Shown here piece after piece: positions 39,020 through 50,013 of a stretch of DNA of 64,000 nucleotides. The DNA is from an uncultured Alphaproteobacteria bacterium. Its GTDB lineage: Bacteria; Pseudomonadota; Alphaproteobacteria; Rhizobiales; Xanthobacteraceae. The notes under the pieces were generated by a model. That model saw only the letters and a program-made list of their open reading frames with translations. It was not told where the DNA came from and ran no database searches. The translations under genes and the position numbers were made by a program. The stretch spans positions 131,141-195,140 of the forward strand of contig CAVSZM010000006.1 of the NCBI GenBank assembly GCA_963732455.1, given 5' to 3'. Each line of letters begins with the position of its first letter. Position 1 is the first letter of the stretch.

Positions 39020-39883
39020 TCAATCCATAAACACCACGGTCTTGCGGCCGTTGAGGATCACGCGGTCCTCCAGATGATGACGTATCGCACGCGCCAGCAC
39101 GCGCCGTTCGATATCGCGTCCCTTGCGAACGAGATCGTCAGGCGTATCGCGGTGGCTGATGCGCTCGACGTCCTGGTCGATGATCGGGCCTTCATCGAGG
39201 GCGCTGGTAACATAATGCGCGGTGGCGCCGATCAATTTGACGCCGCGCTCATGCGCCTGGTGGTAGGGCCGCGCGCCCTTGAAGCCCGGCAAGAACGAGT
39301 GATGGATGTTGATGCAGCGCCCCGAAAGCTTCGACGACATCTCGTCCGAGAGGATCTGCATGTAGCGCGCCAGCACCACGAGATCGGTTTTGGTTTCTCC
39401 GACCAGATTCCAGATTGCAGTTTCCTGCTCGCGTTTGGTCTCCTTCGTCACCGGCAGGTAGTAAAACGGAATGTCACCGAAATCGAGATTGCTGTAGGTC
39501 TGGCGCGGATGGTTGGAGACGATGGCGGTTGGAATCATCTCCAGTTCACCGGTCCGCCAGCGATACAGGATATCGGCGAGACAGTGATCGGATTTCGAGA
39601 CCAGCAGCATCACGCGGCGGCGGGTAGCGCGGTCGCGCATCTGCCAGTCCATGCCGAAGCGTTCCGCGATGCTTGCGAAACCGGTTTGCAGCGACGCCAG
39701 ATTGACGGCCAGATCCGCGGCGGCGAAGACCACTCGCATGAAGAAATGACCGGTCTCGACATCGTTGAACTGCTCGGCGTCGAGAATGTTCTGCCCATTA
39801 TGGGCCAGGAACGTTGAGACGGCCGATACGATGCCCGGACGATCCGGACAGGACAAAGTCAGCACGTATTGATGATCGGGCAT
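39020..39883 (-). CDS. purU: Formyltetrahydrofolate deformylase
   Basis: [11 protein letters not shown] domain, [34 protein letters not shown]. Confidence 0.96.
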   Translation of the reverse strand: MPDHQYVLTLSCPDRPGIVSAVSTFLAHNGQNILDAEQFNDVETGHFFMRVVFAAADLAVNLASLQTGFASIAERFGMDWQMRDRATRRRVMLLVSKSDHCLADILYRWRTGELEMIPTAIVSNHPRQTYSNLDFGDIPFYYLPVTKETKREQETAIWNLVGETKTDLVVLARYMQILSDEMSSKLSGRCINIHHSFLPGFKGARPYHQAHERGVKLIGATAHYVTSALDEGPIIDQDVERISHRDTPDDLVRKGRDIERRVLARAIRHHLEDRVILNGRKTVVFMD

Positions 39884-40016
39884 GGAAAGGCTTGACTACC
39901 ACGAAGGATGGAACCGCGATTTGCGCCCTGCTCTATCATCCGCGACGCCCTTGCGCCAAGCCCGGCCCAAGCGCCATGATGAACAAAGAAAAGGCGATCC
40001 GCGCGAGATCAAAATC

Positions 40017-40862
40017 ATGGCCGAAAGACTGACCGGCTACCGCATCCTGATCCTGGAGACGCGAGAGGAAGCGCAGTTTTCCCGCCTGCTCGCTGAACAA
40101 GGTGCGGACGTGCTGCAATGTCCGATGTTCACCATTCACGATGCGCCCGATTCAGCCCGGATCGAAGCCTGGATCCGCCGCTTCATCGAAAGGCCCTGCG
40201 ACGATCTCGTGCTGATGACGGGTGAAGGCCTGCGCCGCCTGATGAAGGCGGCTCGGCGGATCGACCTCGAGCGAGCCTTCATCGCCGCGCTCGAGAAGCC
40301 GCGAAAATACGCGCGCGGGCCGAAGCCGGGCCGGGCGCTGCGCGAGATCGGACTGGAGCCGCAGGAGACCACGGAGAAACCGACGTCCGAAGGCATCGTC
40401 GAGATGCTGTCGCGTGTCGATCTCAGGGGACATCGCGTGGGCTTGCAGCTTTATCCGGACCGGGATCACAGCGCGTTGATCGGCGCCATCTCGGCGCAAG
40501 GCGCCGAGGTAGACGCGGTCACGCCTTACGTCTACGACGCAGAGGCCGCCGACGCCAACATCGTCACCGCGATCGACGAGATGGTGCGGGGCCGCATCGA
40601 TGCCATCGCACTGACGAGCTCAGGCCAGATCCGCCGGCTGATCGAGGTGGCGCGGGCGAACCGATGTGAAGACCGGTTGCGCGAAGCGCTGGCGCAAACG
40701 CCGATTGCCTCTGTCGGGCCCGTCGTTTCGGACGAACTCAAATCGCTGGGATTGCGCACCGACATCTATCCGGCCAACGACGCCTATTTCATGAAGCCGC
40801 TGATTTCGGCGATCGCGGCGGCGCTCGGCAAGCAGGCGCCACGCACTGCAGCCAAGACCTGA
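40017..40862 (+). CDS. Uroporphyrinogen-III synthase (HemD)-like protein
   Basis: ILILETRE, LMTGEG, RGPKP, FTSS-like LTSSGQ, SVGPV. Confidence 0.75.
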   Translation: MAERLTGYRILILETREEAQFSRLLAEQGADVLQCPMFTIHDAPDSARIEAWIRRFIERPCDDLVLMTGEGLRRLMKAARRIDLERAFIAALEKPRKYARGPKPGRALREIGLEPQETTEKPTSEGIVEMLSRVDLRGHRVGLQLYPDRDHSALIGAISAQGAEVDAVTPYVYDAEAADANIVTAIDEMVRGRIDAIALTSSGQIRRLIEVARANRCEDRLREALAQTPIASVGPVVSDELKSLGLRTDIYPANDAYFMKPLISAIAAALGKQAPRTAAKT

Positions 40863-40921
40863 CGACTTGACGCGCCTGCTTGCGTGAACAAGATGCCCCC
40901 ACCAAAGAAGGGCGGGTGGAA

Positions 40922-43369
40922 ATGCCACAATTGCCGTTGTCGGAATTGCGCGTCGTGGAAATTGGCTCGGGTGACGCGCTCGGCTATTGCGGCAAGCTGT
41001 TCGCCGATTTCGGCGCCGACGTCATCAAGGTCGAACCGTCAGGCGGCGATGCCGCGCGAAAGATCGCAACGCTGGTCGATGCCGGCAATGGGCGTCACGA
41101 AAGCGGATATTTCGCCTGGCTCAACACCAACAAGCGCAGCCTGTCGGCCGATCTCGACCGGCCGGCCGGCGTGGCGAAGGTCCGCGCGCTGCTCGAAAGC
41201 GCCGACCTGCTGCTTGATGCGCGGCATCCCACCGTCATCAGCGCATCGCCGTTGTCACACGAGAATATCAGGCGGTCGCAACCCGGTCTTGCCATCACGG
41301 CGATATCCTGGTTCGGCGAACGCGGACCGTATCGCGATTATGCGGTCACCGACTCGGTATGCCGAAGCCTTGCCGGCCTCGTCAAACTTGTCGGCCCGAT
41401 CGAAGGGCCGCCGGTACTGCCGCGCGACGGCCAGATCGGCGTGGTCGCGGGTCTCACCGCGTTCATCCCGAGCCTCGCCGGGCTGTACGCGCGCGACCAT
41501 CAGGGCGCGCGGCGGTTTGCGGTCAGCGCCCTTGAGGCGATGCTGCAGATCAGCGAGTTCGACACTGCGCTCGCGCTGGAGTCCGGGTTTACGCGGCCGC
41601 GGATCGGTATCAACCGCTTCGGTCGCGGCTTTCCCGTGGGAAATTTTGCAACCAAAGACGGCTGGCTCGGCGTCACCGTGGTCACACCGGCACAGTGGGT
41701 GGCGTTCTGCAATATGATCGGCCTGCCCGAACTCGGTCCCGACCCGCGATATTCGGCCACCGCCGAGCGTTATCTCCACGCCGAGGAACTCAATGGCATC
41801 ATCAAGCCGGTGCTGATGCATCGCACGGCGATGGAATGGTTCCAGAAGGGCATCGAACTGCGGCTGCCGCTCGCCATCGTGCCGGACATGCGCGAACTGC
41901 TGACGCAACCGGTCTTTCGCGAGCGCGGCACATTCGCCGAAGTCACGATTGGCAGCGCATCGTTTGACGCGCCGGTGCTGCCGCAGCATCTCACGCGCTC
42001 GCCGCCCAGGCCCAACGGCCGCTCGCCGCTTGCCGGCGAGGATGATGACGCCGCGCTGCCCGCGCATCGGCGTCTCGCTAGCCGAGCCGCGACCGCCGAC
42101 GATCCGCTCCCGCTGAAGGGACGGCGCATCATCGATCTCACGATGGGCTGGGCCGGCCCGACCGCCACACGCCAGATGGGCGATCTCGGCGCCGACATCA
42201 TCAAGGTCGAGTCCTGCCAGTATCCCGACTGGTTTCGCGGCACCGATCCGCGGGGCCCCTATCACCCAGAGCGAACCTACGAGAAGACCTATTGGTTCCA
42301 GATGAACAACCGCAACAAGCGCGGCATCACGCTGGATCTCACCACTGAAACCGGTCTTACGCTGCTGAAACGGCTGATCAGGGATGCCGACGCCGTGATC
42401 GACAACTACGCTGCCGACGTGCTGCCGCGTCTCGGTCTGGACGCGGCGAAAATGCTGGCGATCAATCCACGGCTGCTCGTGGTGACGATGCCGGCCTTCG
42501 GCATGACGGGCGCGTGGAGCGGCTGCCGCGCTTATGGCTCGACGCTGGAGCAAGCCTCGGGGCTGCCTTCGGTGACGGGACGCGAGGGCGACCCGCCGAC
42601 GATGGTTCATGCAGCGCTCGGCGATCCCATCGGCGGGCTCAATGCGGCTGCCGCGCTGATGCTCGGCTTCATGCATCAGAAGAATACCGGCGAAGGTCAG
42701 CACATCGACCTCAGCCAGGTAGAATGCATGCTGCCGCTGGTGGCGCCGTCGATCATCGAACAATCCGTCACCGGCAAATCCAGCGTCCGGATCGGCAACC
42801 GCCACCCGGTCTATGTGCCGAACGGTTGCTTTCCCTGTATCGGCGAAGACCAGTGGATCACCCTTGCGGTACGAAGCGACGAGGAGTGGCAATCGCTTTG
42901 CCGCATCATGCATCGCCCTGATCTTGCCGCCGATCCCTTGCTGGCTTCAGCCGAGGGCCGACGCGAGGAGGAAGACCGCATCGAGGTCGCGATCCGGCAC
43001 TGGACCTCGACGGTGCGGCCGGATCTCGCGATGGTGACGCTGCAGGCTGCCGGAATTGCCGCGGGCGTGGCGCGCCTGCCGATGGACCTTCCCGGCGATC
43101 CGCATCTGGTGAAAGTCGGCCATTGGCAATCGGTAGATCGTCCCTTCATGGGGCCGCATCTTTTACCCTCGGTTGCCTATCGCGAGGGCGACGCCGACCT
43201 GCCTTACGCGATAGAACACCTCGCGCCGACGCTCGGTCAGCACAACGAGGAAATCCTGAGCGATCTGCTCGGGCTGACCAAACCGGAAATCAAGCGGCTG
43301 CGCCACGACGGTATCATCGGCAACGTCGCCACCTCGAAACAGAGCAAAGCCAAGGCGGCCGCCGAGTGA
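40922..43369 (+). CDS. CaiB/BaiF family III CoA-transferase with two fused domains
   Basis: Two copies of GADVIKVE/GADIIKVE and NxNKR motifs. Confidence 0.92.
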   Translation: MPQLPLSELRVVEIGSGDALGYCGKLFADFGADVIKVEPSGGDAARKIATLVDAGNGRHESGYFAWLNTNKRSLSADLDRPAGVAKVRALLESADLLLDARHPTVISASPLSHENIRRSQPGLAITAISWFGERGPYRDYAVTDSVCRSLAGLVKLVGPIEGPPVLPRDGQIGVVAGLTAFIPSLAGLYARDHQGARRFAVSALEAMLQISEFDTALALESGFTRPRIGINRFGRGFPVGNFATKDGWLGVTVVTPAQWVAFCNMIGLPELGPDPRYSATAERYLHAEELNGIIKPVLMHRTAMEWFQKGIELRLPLAIVPDMRELLTQPVFRERGTFAEVTIGSASFDAPVLPQHLTRSPPRPNGRSPLAGEDDDAALPAHRRLASRAATADDPLPLKGRRIIDLTMGWAGPTATRQMGDLGADIIKVESCQYPDWFRGTDPRGPYHPERTYEKTYWFQMNNRNKRGITLDLTTETGLTLLKRLIRDADAVIDNYAADVLPRLGLDAAKMLAINPRLLVVTMPAFGMTGAWSGCRAYGSTLEQASGLPSVTGREGDPPTMVHAALGDPIGGLNAAAALMLGFMHQKNTGEGQHIDLSQVECMLPLVAPSIIEQSVTGKSSVRIGNRHPVYVPNGCFPCIGEDQWITLAVRSDEEWQSLCRIMHRPDLAADPLLASAEGRREEEDRIEVAIRHWTSTVRPDLAMVTLQAAGIAAGVARLPMDLPGDPHLVKVGHWQSVDRPFMGPHLLPSVAYREGDADLPYAIEHLAPTLGQHNEEILSDLLGLTKPEIKRLRHDGIIGNVATSKQSKAKAAAE

Positions 43370-44326
43370 TCACTCGGCCGCCTGCTTCGATTCGTTCAGA
43401 TAGGCCCGATACGCCAATCGAATTCCATCTTCAAGCGAAGTGCGTGCGCGCCAGCCCAGTTTGGCAAGGCGGCTGACATCGAGCAATTTGCGCGGCGTGC
43501 CGTCGGGCCGTGAGGGGTCGAAGCTGATTGCGCCGGTGTATCCGACGGTCGCGGCCACCACGCGCGCGAATTCGGCGATCGTGACGTCCCTGCCGGTGCC
43601 GATGTTGATCAATTCGTCGCTGGAATAAGTCTTCATCAAATGGACGCAGGCGTCCGCCATATCGTCGACATAGAGGAATTCCCGCCGCGGCGTGCCGGTG
43701 CCCCAGACCACCACGTCCGAGGCGCCGGAAACTTTGGCCTCGTGAAACCGGCGGATCAGCGCGGCGACGACGTGGCTGTATTCGGGGTGATAATTGTCGC
43801 CCGGCCCGTAGAGGTTGGTCGGCATCACATTGATGAAGTCGGAGCCATACTGGCTGCGATAGGCTTCGACCATCTTGACGCCGGCGATTTTGGCGATGGC
43901 ATAGGGCTCGTTGGTCGGCTCGAGCGGTCCGGTCAGCATCGAATCCTCGCGCAGCGGCTGCGGCGCAAGCTTGGGATAGATGCAGGACGAGCCGAGAAAC
44001 ATCAGCTTCTCGGCGCCGTTTGCGTGCGCTGCGTGGATCACATTGGTTGCGATGATCAGGTTGTCGTAGATGAATTCGGCGCGCAGCGTGTTGTTGGCGA
44101 CGATGCCGCCGACCTTCGCCGCAGCCAGGAACACGACCTGCGGACGCCTTTCCGCGAACCAGCCGAATACGGCGGCCTGATCGCGCAAATCGACCTCACT
44201 CCGCTTGACCGTCAGCAGTTCGACATTTTCCTGCGCGAGCCTGCGCACCAGCGCAGCCCCGACCATCCCGCGATGCCCGGCAACGAAGACCGTTTTGCCT
44301 TTCAGCTCAAACGGGGTTCTTGCCAT
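43370..44326 (-). CDS. fcl: GDP-L-fucose synthase
   Basis: [43 protein letters not shown]. Confidence 0.95.
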   Translation of the reverse strand: MARTPFELKGKTVFVAGHRGMVGAALVRRLAQENVELLTVKRSEVDLRDQAAVFGWFAERRPQVVFLAAAKVGGIVANNTLRAEFIYDNLIIATNVIHAAHANGAEKLMFLGSSCIYPKLAPQPLREDSMLTGPLEPTNEPYAIAKIAGVKMVEAYRSQYGSDFINVMPTNLYGPGDNYHPEYSHVVAALIRRFHEAKVSGASDVVVWGTGTPRREFLYVDDMADACVHLMKTYSSDELINIGTGRDVTIAEFARVVAATVGYTGAISFDPSRPDGTPRKLLDVSRLAKLGWRARTSLEDGIRLAYRAYLNESKQAAE

Positions 44327-45398
44327 TGGCAACCTCCCGCCTGGCAATCGCAAGATCGCCCGCCACCATCTCCTTGACGAGTTCTGCGAACGTTATCTTC
44401 GGCTTCCAGCCGAGCTTTTGGCGCGCCTTGCTGGCATCGCCGATCAAAAGATCGACTTCGGTGGGGCGGAAATACACGGGATCGATGCGGACGACGGTCT
44501 TGCCCGATTTTCTGTCGACACCGGTTTCCTCGGCGCCCTTGCCGCGCCACTCGATGCTGCGGCCGACTTCCGCAAATGCGAGTTCGACGAATTCGCGCAC
44601 CGAGCGGGTTTCGCCCGTCGCCAGCACGAAATCGTCGGGCGCGTCGGCCTGCAATATCCTGTACATGCCTTCGATATAATCCTTGGCGTGTCCCCAGTCG
44701 CGTTTCGCCTCGAGGTTCCCGAGGTAGAGCGTGTCTTCGAGACCGGTCTCGATGCGCGCGATGCTGCGGGTGATTTTGCGCGTCACGAAGGTTTCGCCGC
44801 GGATCGGGCTCTCGTGATTGAACAGGATGCCGTTCGAGGCGAACATTCCGTAAGCTTCGCGGTAGTTCACCGTGATCCAGTAGCCGTAGAGCTTGGCGAC
44901 GCCATAGGGCGAGCGCGGATAGAACGGCGTGGTTTCCTTCTGCGGAACTTCCTGAACCAGGCCGTACAGTTCGGAGGTGGATGCCTGGTAGAACCGCGTC
45001 TCCTTTTCCATGCCGAGAATCCGGATCGCTTCCAGCAACCGCAATACGCCGATCGCGTCGGCATTCGCGGTATATTCCGGGCTTTCGAAACTGACGCCGA
45101 CATGGCTCTGGGCGGCAAGGTTATAGATTTCGGTCGGCCGGATCTGCTGCATCAGCCGGATCAGGTTGGTCGAATCCGTCATGTCTCCATAGTGCAGGAG
45201 GAACGGCACATTGCCGGCGTGCGGGTCTTCGTAGAGATGATCGATGCGCGCGGTGTTGAACGAGGATGACCGCCGCTTGACGCCATGGACCGTATAGCCA
45301 AGGCCAAGCAGAAATTCGGCGAGATAGGCGCCGTCCTGCCCGGTGACGCCGGTGACAAGAGCAACGCGCCGTTTCGAATCCTGAGCAACCATATTCAC
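44307..45398 (-). CDS. gmd: GDP-mannose 4,6-dehydratase
   Basis: [46 protein letters not shown]. Confidence 0.97.
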   Translation of the reverse strand: MNMVAQDSKRRVALVTGVTGQDGAYLAEFLLGLGYTVHGVKRRSSSFNTARIDHLYEDPHAGNVPFLLHYGDMTDSTNLIRLMQQIRPTEIYNLAAQSHVGVSFESPEYTANADAIGVLRLLEAIRILGMEKETRFYQASTSELYGLVQEVPQKETTPFYPRSPYGVAKLYGYWITVNYREAYGMFASNGILFNHESPIRGETFVTRKITRSIARIETGLEDTLYLGNLEAKRDWGHAKDYIEGMYRILQADAPDDFVLATGETRSVREFVELAFAEVGRSIEWRGKGAEETGVDRKSGKTVVRIDPVYFRPTEVDLLIGDASKARQKLGWKPKITFAELVKEMVAGDLAIARREVANGKNPV

Positions 45399-45709
45399 TC
45401 CAATAAAGCGCCGGGACTGCTAAAAGCAGTTTAACGCCGACAAACCACAACACGTTGCGCTGGACCAGCCCGTGACTCTTCGCCCCATGGGTAAGGCCGG
45501 GTGACCCAAACCCCTATCATGACCCTATTCCTTCAAGCAAATTGAGCCCTGGGAGGACTTCTTCCAGCTCGATGGATGGCGGACTTGCGGGTTTCGGAAC
45601 CTTGGCCCACAATCGCCCCACATAAGGGCCGATGGATCATTACAATTCAGGCTGTTCCAGCGTACCAACTCTTGGACAATACCTAAGAAAAGCAATACGG
45701 AGGAATCAC

Positions 45710-46945
45710 ATGCGTAAACTGATGATGGCTGCGGCCTTTGCGTTGCCGATGTTCGGCGGCGCGGCGATGGCACAGGAAACACTCAAAATCGGTTATATCG
45801 ACCCGCTATCGGGTGGCGGCGCCAGCGTCGGCGAAGTCGGCTTGAAGACGTTCCAGTTTCTCGCCGACGAAGTGAACGCCAAGGGCGGAATTCAGGGCAA
45901 GAAGGTCGAGATCGTCCCGCTCGACAACAAGACCAATCCGCAGGAAAGCCTGATCCAGGCGCAGAAGGCCATCGACGCCGGCATCCGCTATCTCACCCAG
46001 GGCAACGGTTCGTCGGTTGCCGGCGCGCTTTCCGACTTCGTTACCAAATACAACGAGCGCAATCCGGGCAAGGAAGTCCTTTACTTCAACTATGCCGCTG
46101 TCGATCCGGTCCTGACCAACGCGAAGTGCAGCTTCTGGCATTTCCGCTGGGATGCGAACTCCGACATCAAGATGGAGGCGCTCACCAATTACATGAAGAC
46201 CGCTCCGGCGATCAAAAACGTTTACCTGATCAATCAGGATTACTCGTTCGGGGAATCCGTTCGATCCGCCGCCAAGTCCATGCTGGCCGCCAAACGGCCG
46301 GACATCAAGATCGTCGGCGATGAGCTGCATCCGCTGCTCAAGATCACCGACTTTGCGCCGTACATCGCCAAGATCAAGGCATCGGGCGCCGACACCGTCG
46401 TGACCGGCAACTGGGGCCAGGATTTTGCGCTGCTGCTGAAGGCGGCAGCCGACGCCGGGCTGAAGGTGAACTGGTACACCTATTATGCCGGCGGAACCGG
46501 CGGCCCGACAGCCATCAAACAGGCCAACCTCAATCATCAGGTGTTTCAGGTCGGCGAAGGCATCCCCAACCTCGATCACCCGTCGTCGCAGGAATTCGAA
46601 AAGGCGATCCGCGCGAAGTACGACTTCAGCCTGTTCTACCCGCGCGCCGTCAACGAGATGCGCATGCTTGCGGCAGCGGCCGACAAGGCCAAGTCAACCG
46701 ATCCGGTCAAGGTCGCGATGGCGCTCGAAGGCATGGAGTTCGAAGTGTTCGATGGCGGCACGGGCAACATGCGGAAGGACGACCACCAGTTCTTCCAGCC
46801 GATCTATATTTCCTCGCTCGGCGAACGCACCGACAAGGAACCGTTCGACGAGGAGAAGACCGGCTGGGGCTGGAAGCTCGTTGCGAAGATCGATACTCCC
46901 GCGACCGTACTTCCGACAACCTGCAAGATGGAACGGCCGAACTGA
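45710..46945 (+). CDS. ABC substrate-binding protein (Liv-type)
   Basis: SD GGAGGA, signal peptide, IGYIDPLSG, GNWGQD. Confidence 0.9.
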   Translation: MRKLMMAAAFALPMFGGAAMAQETLKIGYIDPLSGGGASVGEVGLKTFQFLADEVNAKGGIQGKKVEIVPLDNKTNPQESLIQAQKAIDAGIRYLTQGNGSSVAGALSDFVTKYNERNPGKEVLYFNYAAVDPVLTNAKCSFWHFRWDANSDIKMEALTNYMKTAPAIKNVYLINQDYSFGESVRSAAKSMLAAKRPDIKIVGDELHPLLKITDFAPYIAKIKASGADTVVTGNWGQDFALLLKAAADAGLKVNWYTYYAGGTGGPTAIKQANLNHQVFQVGEGIPNLDHPSSQEFEKAIRAKYDFSLFYPRAVNEMRMLAAAADKAKSTDPVKVAMALEGMEFEVFDGGTGNMRKDDHQFFQPIYISSLGERTDKEPFDEEKTGWGWKLVAKIDTPATVLPTTCKMERPN

Positions 46946-46965
46946 CCGTTCGCGCCCGTAACTCG

Positions 46966-46992
46966 TCCGTCCCGAGACTTTTTCGGGACGGA
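46966..46992 (+). other. Intercistronic hairpin after the SBP gene
   Basis: TCCGTCCCGA-gactttt-TCGGGACGGA, a 10-bp perfect stem with no U-tract after it. Confidence 0.65.
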
Positions 46993-47021
46993 TGCGACCT
47001 CATAATCCCAGGCGGTGCGTC

Positions 47022-47969
47022 GTGCTTGAACTGATCGTCATATCCACGCTCAACGGCGTCCTGTTCGGAATGCTGCTGTTTTTGATGGCGAGCGGCTTGA
47101 CCGTCATCTTCAGCATGCTCGGTGTGCTCAATTTCGCGCATGCGAGCTTCTATATGCTCGGCGCATTCTTCGGCTTCCAGATCAGCCGATGGTTCGGCTT
47201 CTGGCCGGCGTTATTGATCGCACCGCTGCTGGCCGGCGCGATCGGCGCCGGCGTCGAGCGTTTCGGCCTGCGCCGCGTGCACAAGAATGGTCACGTCGCG
47301 GAACTGTTGTTCACATTCGGCCTCGCTTTCGTGATCGAGGAAGTCGTGCAGATCATCTGGGGCAAAAGCCCGGTCGATTTCCGCGTGCCGCCTCTGTTGG
47401 ATTTCCCGGCCTTCACGATCTTCTCCACCAACTATCCCGCCTACAAGATGTTCATGCTGCTGGTATCCGTCGTCATCTTCATCGGGCTATTGATTGTCCT
47501 GAAGAAGACGCGGATCGGCCTGATCGTTCAGGCGGCGCTTACGCATCCGCACATGGTCGGCCATCTCGGTCACAACGTCGGACGTATCTTCATGCTGGTG
47601 TTCGGCGTCGGCACCGCGCTTGCCGCGGTAGCCGGCGTGATCGCAGGGCCGGCGCTGGTGACGCAATCGAACATGGCCGGATTGCTTGGCCCGATCCTGT
47701 TCGTCGTCGTCGTCGTCGGAGGACTGGGGTCGCTGCCGGGAGCCTTCGTGGGCTCGCTGCTGATCGGCCTGGTCCAGACCTTTGCCGTCTCGATGAACGG
47801 ATCGCTGTCCGGCGCACTCGGTCCGCTCAGTCCTGACTACGCCTCGACGTGGCTCGCCGACATCTGGAGCGTGACCATCGCGCAGATCGCGCCGATCATG
47901 CCCTATGTGCTGCTGGTACTGATCCTGATCTTCCGCCCGATGGGCCTGCTTGGGACACGCGATACATGA
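47022..47969 (+). CDS. Liv-type ABC permease (LivH-like)
   Basis: SMLGVLNFAHASFYMLG, multi-TM. Confidence 0.9.
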   Translation: MLELIVISTLNGVLFGMLLFLMASGLTVIFSMLGVLNFAHASFYMLGAFFGFQISRWFGFWPALLIAPLLAGAIGAGVERFGLRRVHKNGHVAELLFTFGLAFVIEEVVQIIWGKSPVDFRVPPLLDFPAFTIFSTNYPAYKMFMLLVSVVIFIGLLIVLKKTRIGLIVQAALTHPHMVGHLGHNVGRIFMLVFGVGTALAAVAGVIAGPALVTQSNMAGLLGPILFVVVVVGGLGSLPGAFVGSLLIGLVQTFAVSMNGSLSGALGPLSPDYASTWLADIWSVTIAQIAPIMPYVLLVLILIFRPMGLLGTRDT

Positions 47970-49267
47970 CCGAGATGACCTCAAGCGCCGCGCCGCCGCT
48001 TCCGGCCGCAGCCGAGAAGCTCAAATTCTATGGACTTTGGGTGGCGGCTGCGATCGCGCTTCTGCTGCTGCCCAAAATCTTCGGTTCGGGCAGCTCGCTG
48101 ACGACGTTCAGCCTGATCGGCATCTCCATCATCTTCTCGCTGTCCTACAACATCCTGCTCGGCCAGACCGGCATGCTGTCGTTCGGACACGCCGTGTATT
48201 ACGGCCTCGGCGGCTTCCTGGTGATTCACGCCATCAACATCATCGGCGCCAACAAGCTGCCGATCCCGTTGCCGATCGTTCCGCTGATCGGCGGATTGAC
48301 CGGACTGCTGTTCGCCATCCTGCTCGGTTGGGTCTCGACCCAGCGCAGCGGAACTGCATTCGCGATGATCTCGCTCGGCGTTGCCGAACTCATCGCCTCA
48401 TCCGCGCTGATCCTGCGCACCTTTTTCGGCGGTGAAGCCGGCATCTCCGCCAACCGGACGAAGCTGCTGCGCGTCTTCGACTGGAATTTCGGTCCGCAAA
48501 TCCAGATCTACTATCTGGTCGCGGCCTGGACGCTGATCGCCGTCATCGCGATGTATGCGCTGACCCGCACGCCGTTGGGGCGCATGTGCAACGCCGTGCG
48601 CGACAATCCCGAGCGCGTTCAGTTCGTCGGCTACAATCCGCACGTGGTCCGCTATCTCGCGTTCTGCTTCTCCGGATTCTTCGCGGGGATCGCGGGCGCG
48701 CTTGCGGCGATCAATTTCGAGATCGCTAATTCGGCGTATCTAGGCGCTCTCCAGTCCGGAACGGTCCTGTTCTCGACTTATATCGGCGGCGTCGGATTTT
48801 TCATCGGCCCGATCGTCGGTGCGATCTTCGTCACGTTTCTATCGCTTGGCCTCAGCGATCTGACGCCGGTGTGGCAGCTCTATTTCGGAGTGATCTTCAT
48901 CGCGGTGGTGGTGTTCGCGCCGGGCGGAATCACGGGCCTGTTGATGATGCATCGGCCGCTGCTGAAGGCCGGCACGCTGCCGAGGGTGCTGCCGAGCTAC
49001 TTGATCGCCTTCGTGCCGACGCTGGCGATGATCGCGGGCCTCATCCTGGCGCTTGAGACGATCGTGCATTTCACCGTCAACCCCGGCGACGATTCTCACA
49101 TCAAGGCATTCGGCGTCGGCTTCGATGCGGCGAGCCCGTATATATGGGCGATGGCGGCAATTCTCCTGATTGGCGGATTCCTGGTTGCGCGCAAGACCTG
49201 GACCTGGGTCGGATACGCCTGGGATGATGCCACCAGCGCGGCGCGTGAAAAAGGAATTGCCGCATGA
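47966..49267 (+). CDS. Liv-type ABC permease (LivM-like)
   Basis: GQTGMLSFGHAVYYG, TPLGRMCNAVRDNPER. Confidence 0.9.
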   Translation: MTEMTSSAAPPLPAAAEKLKFYGLWVAAAIALLLLPKIFGSGSSLTTFSLIGISIIFSLSYNILLGQTGMLSFGHAVYYGLGGFLVIHAINIIGANKLPIPLPIVPLIGGLTGLLFAILLGWVSTQRSGTAFAMISLGVAELIASSALILRTFFGGEAGISANRTKLLRVFDWNFGPQIQIYYLVAAWTLIAVIAMYALTRTPLGRMCNAVRDNPERVQFVGYNPHVVRYLAFCFSGFFAGIAGALAAINFEIANSAYLGALQSGTVLFSTYIGGVGFFIGPIVGAIFVTFLSLGLSDLTPVWQLYFGVIFIAVVVFAPGGITGLLMMHRPLLKAGTLPRVLPSYLIAFVPTLAMIAGLILALETIVHFTVNPGDDSHIKAFGVGFDAASPYIWAMAAILLIGGFLVARKTWTWVGYAWDDATSAAREKGIAA

Positions 49268-50013
49268 GCGCCGCCATCGAACTGCGCGGAGTCGAGAAGA
49301 GTTTTGGCGAGGTCGCCATCATCAGAAATATCAACCTGAGCGTGGCGCAGGGCGAACGCCACGCGCTGATCGGCCCGAACGGTGCGGGCAAATCGACGAC
49401 CTTCAACTTGATCAGCGGATACATGGCGCCGACATCAGGCAGCGTGCTGCTCCGGGACGAGGTAATCTCCGGCCTGCCGCCCTATCAGGTCAACCGCCGC
49501 GGGCTGTCGCGCAGCTTTCAGGTCACCAACGTCTTTGCCAATATGAGCGTGTGGGAAAACCTGCGCTGCGCCGTGCTGTGGTCCACCGGACAGCGCTACG
49601 CATTCTGGAAAAACATCGACAATCTGCCGGAGGTGCGCGACCGCACCGCGCAGATCCTGGCGGACATCAACCTGACGGCGCGGCGCGACGTGCCCGCGGG
49701 CCTGTTGACCTACGCCGAGCAGCGCGCGCTGGAGATCGGCATTACCGTTGCCGGCGGCGCCAATGTCATTCTGCTCGACGAGCCGACCGCGGGCATGAGC
49801 CACGCCGAGACCGAGCGCGCGGTCGCATTGATCCGCCGCCTGACCGAAGGCCGCACGCTGCTGATCGTCGAACACGACATGAGCGTGGTGTTCGGATTGG
49901 CCGACCGGATCTCGGTGCTGGTGTACGGCCAGATCATCGCCTCGGGAACGCCGGAAGAAATTCGCGGCAATCCGAAGGTGAAGGAAGCCTATCTCGGCGA
50001 GGAGGCGGCATGA
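49264..50013 (+). CDS. Liv-type ABC ATP-binding protein (LivG-like)
   Basis: GPNGAGKS, LTYAEQR, DEPTAG. Confidence 0.92.
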   Translation: MSAAIELRGVEKSFGEVAIIRNINLSVAQGERHALIGPNGAGKSTTFNLISGYMAPTSGSVLLRDEVISGLPPYQVNRRGLSRSFQVTNVFANMSVWENLRCAVLWSTGQRYAFWKNIDNLPEVRDRTAQILADINLTARRDVPAGLLTYAEQRALEIGITVAGGANVILLDEPTAGMSHAETERAVALIRRLTEGRTLLIVEHDMSVVFGLADRISVLVYGQIIASGTPEEIRGNPKVKEAYLGEEAA

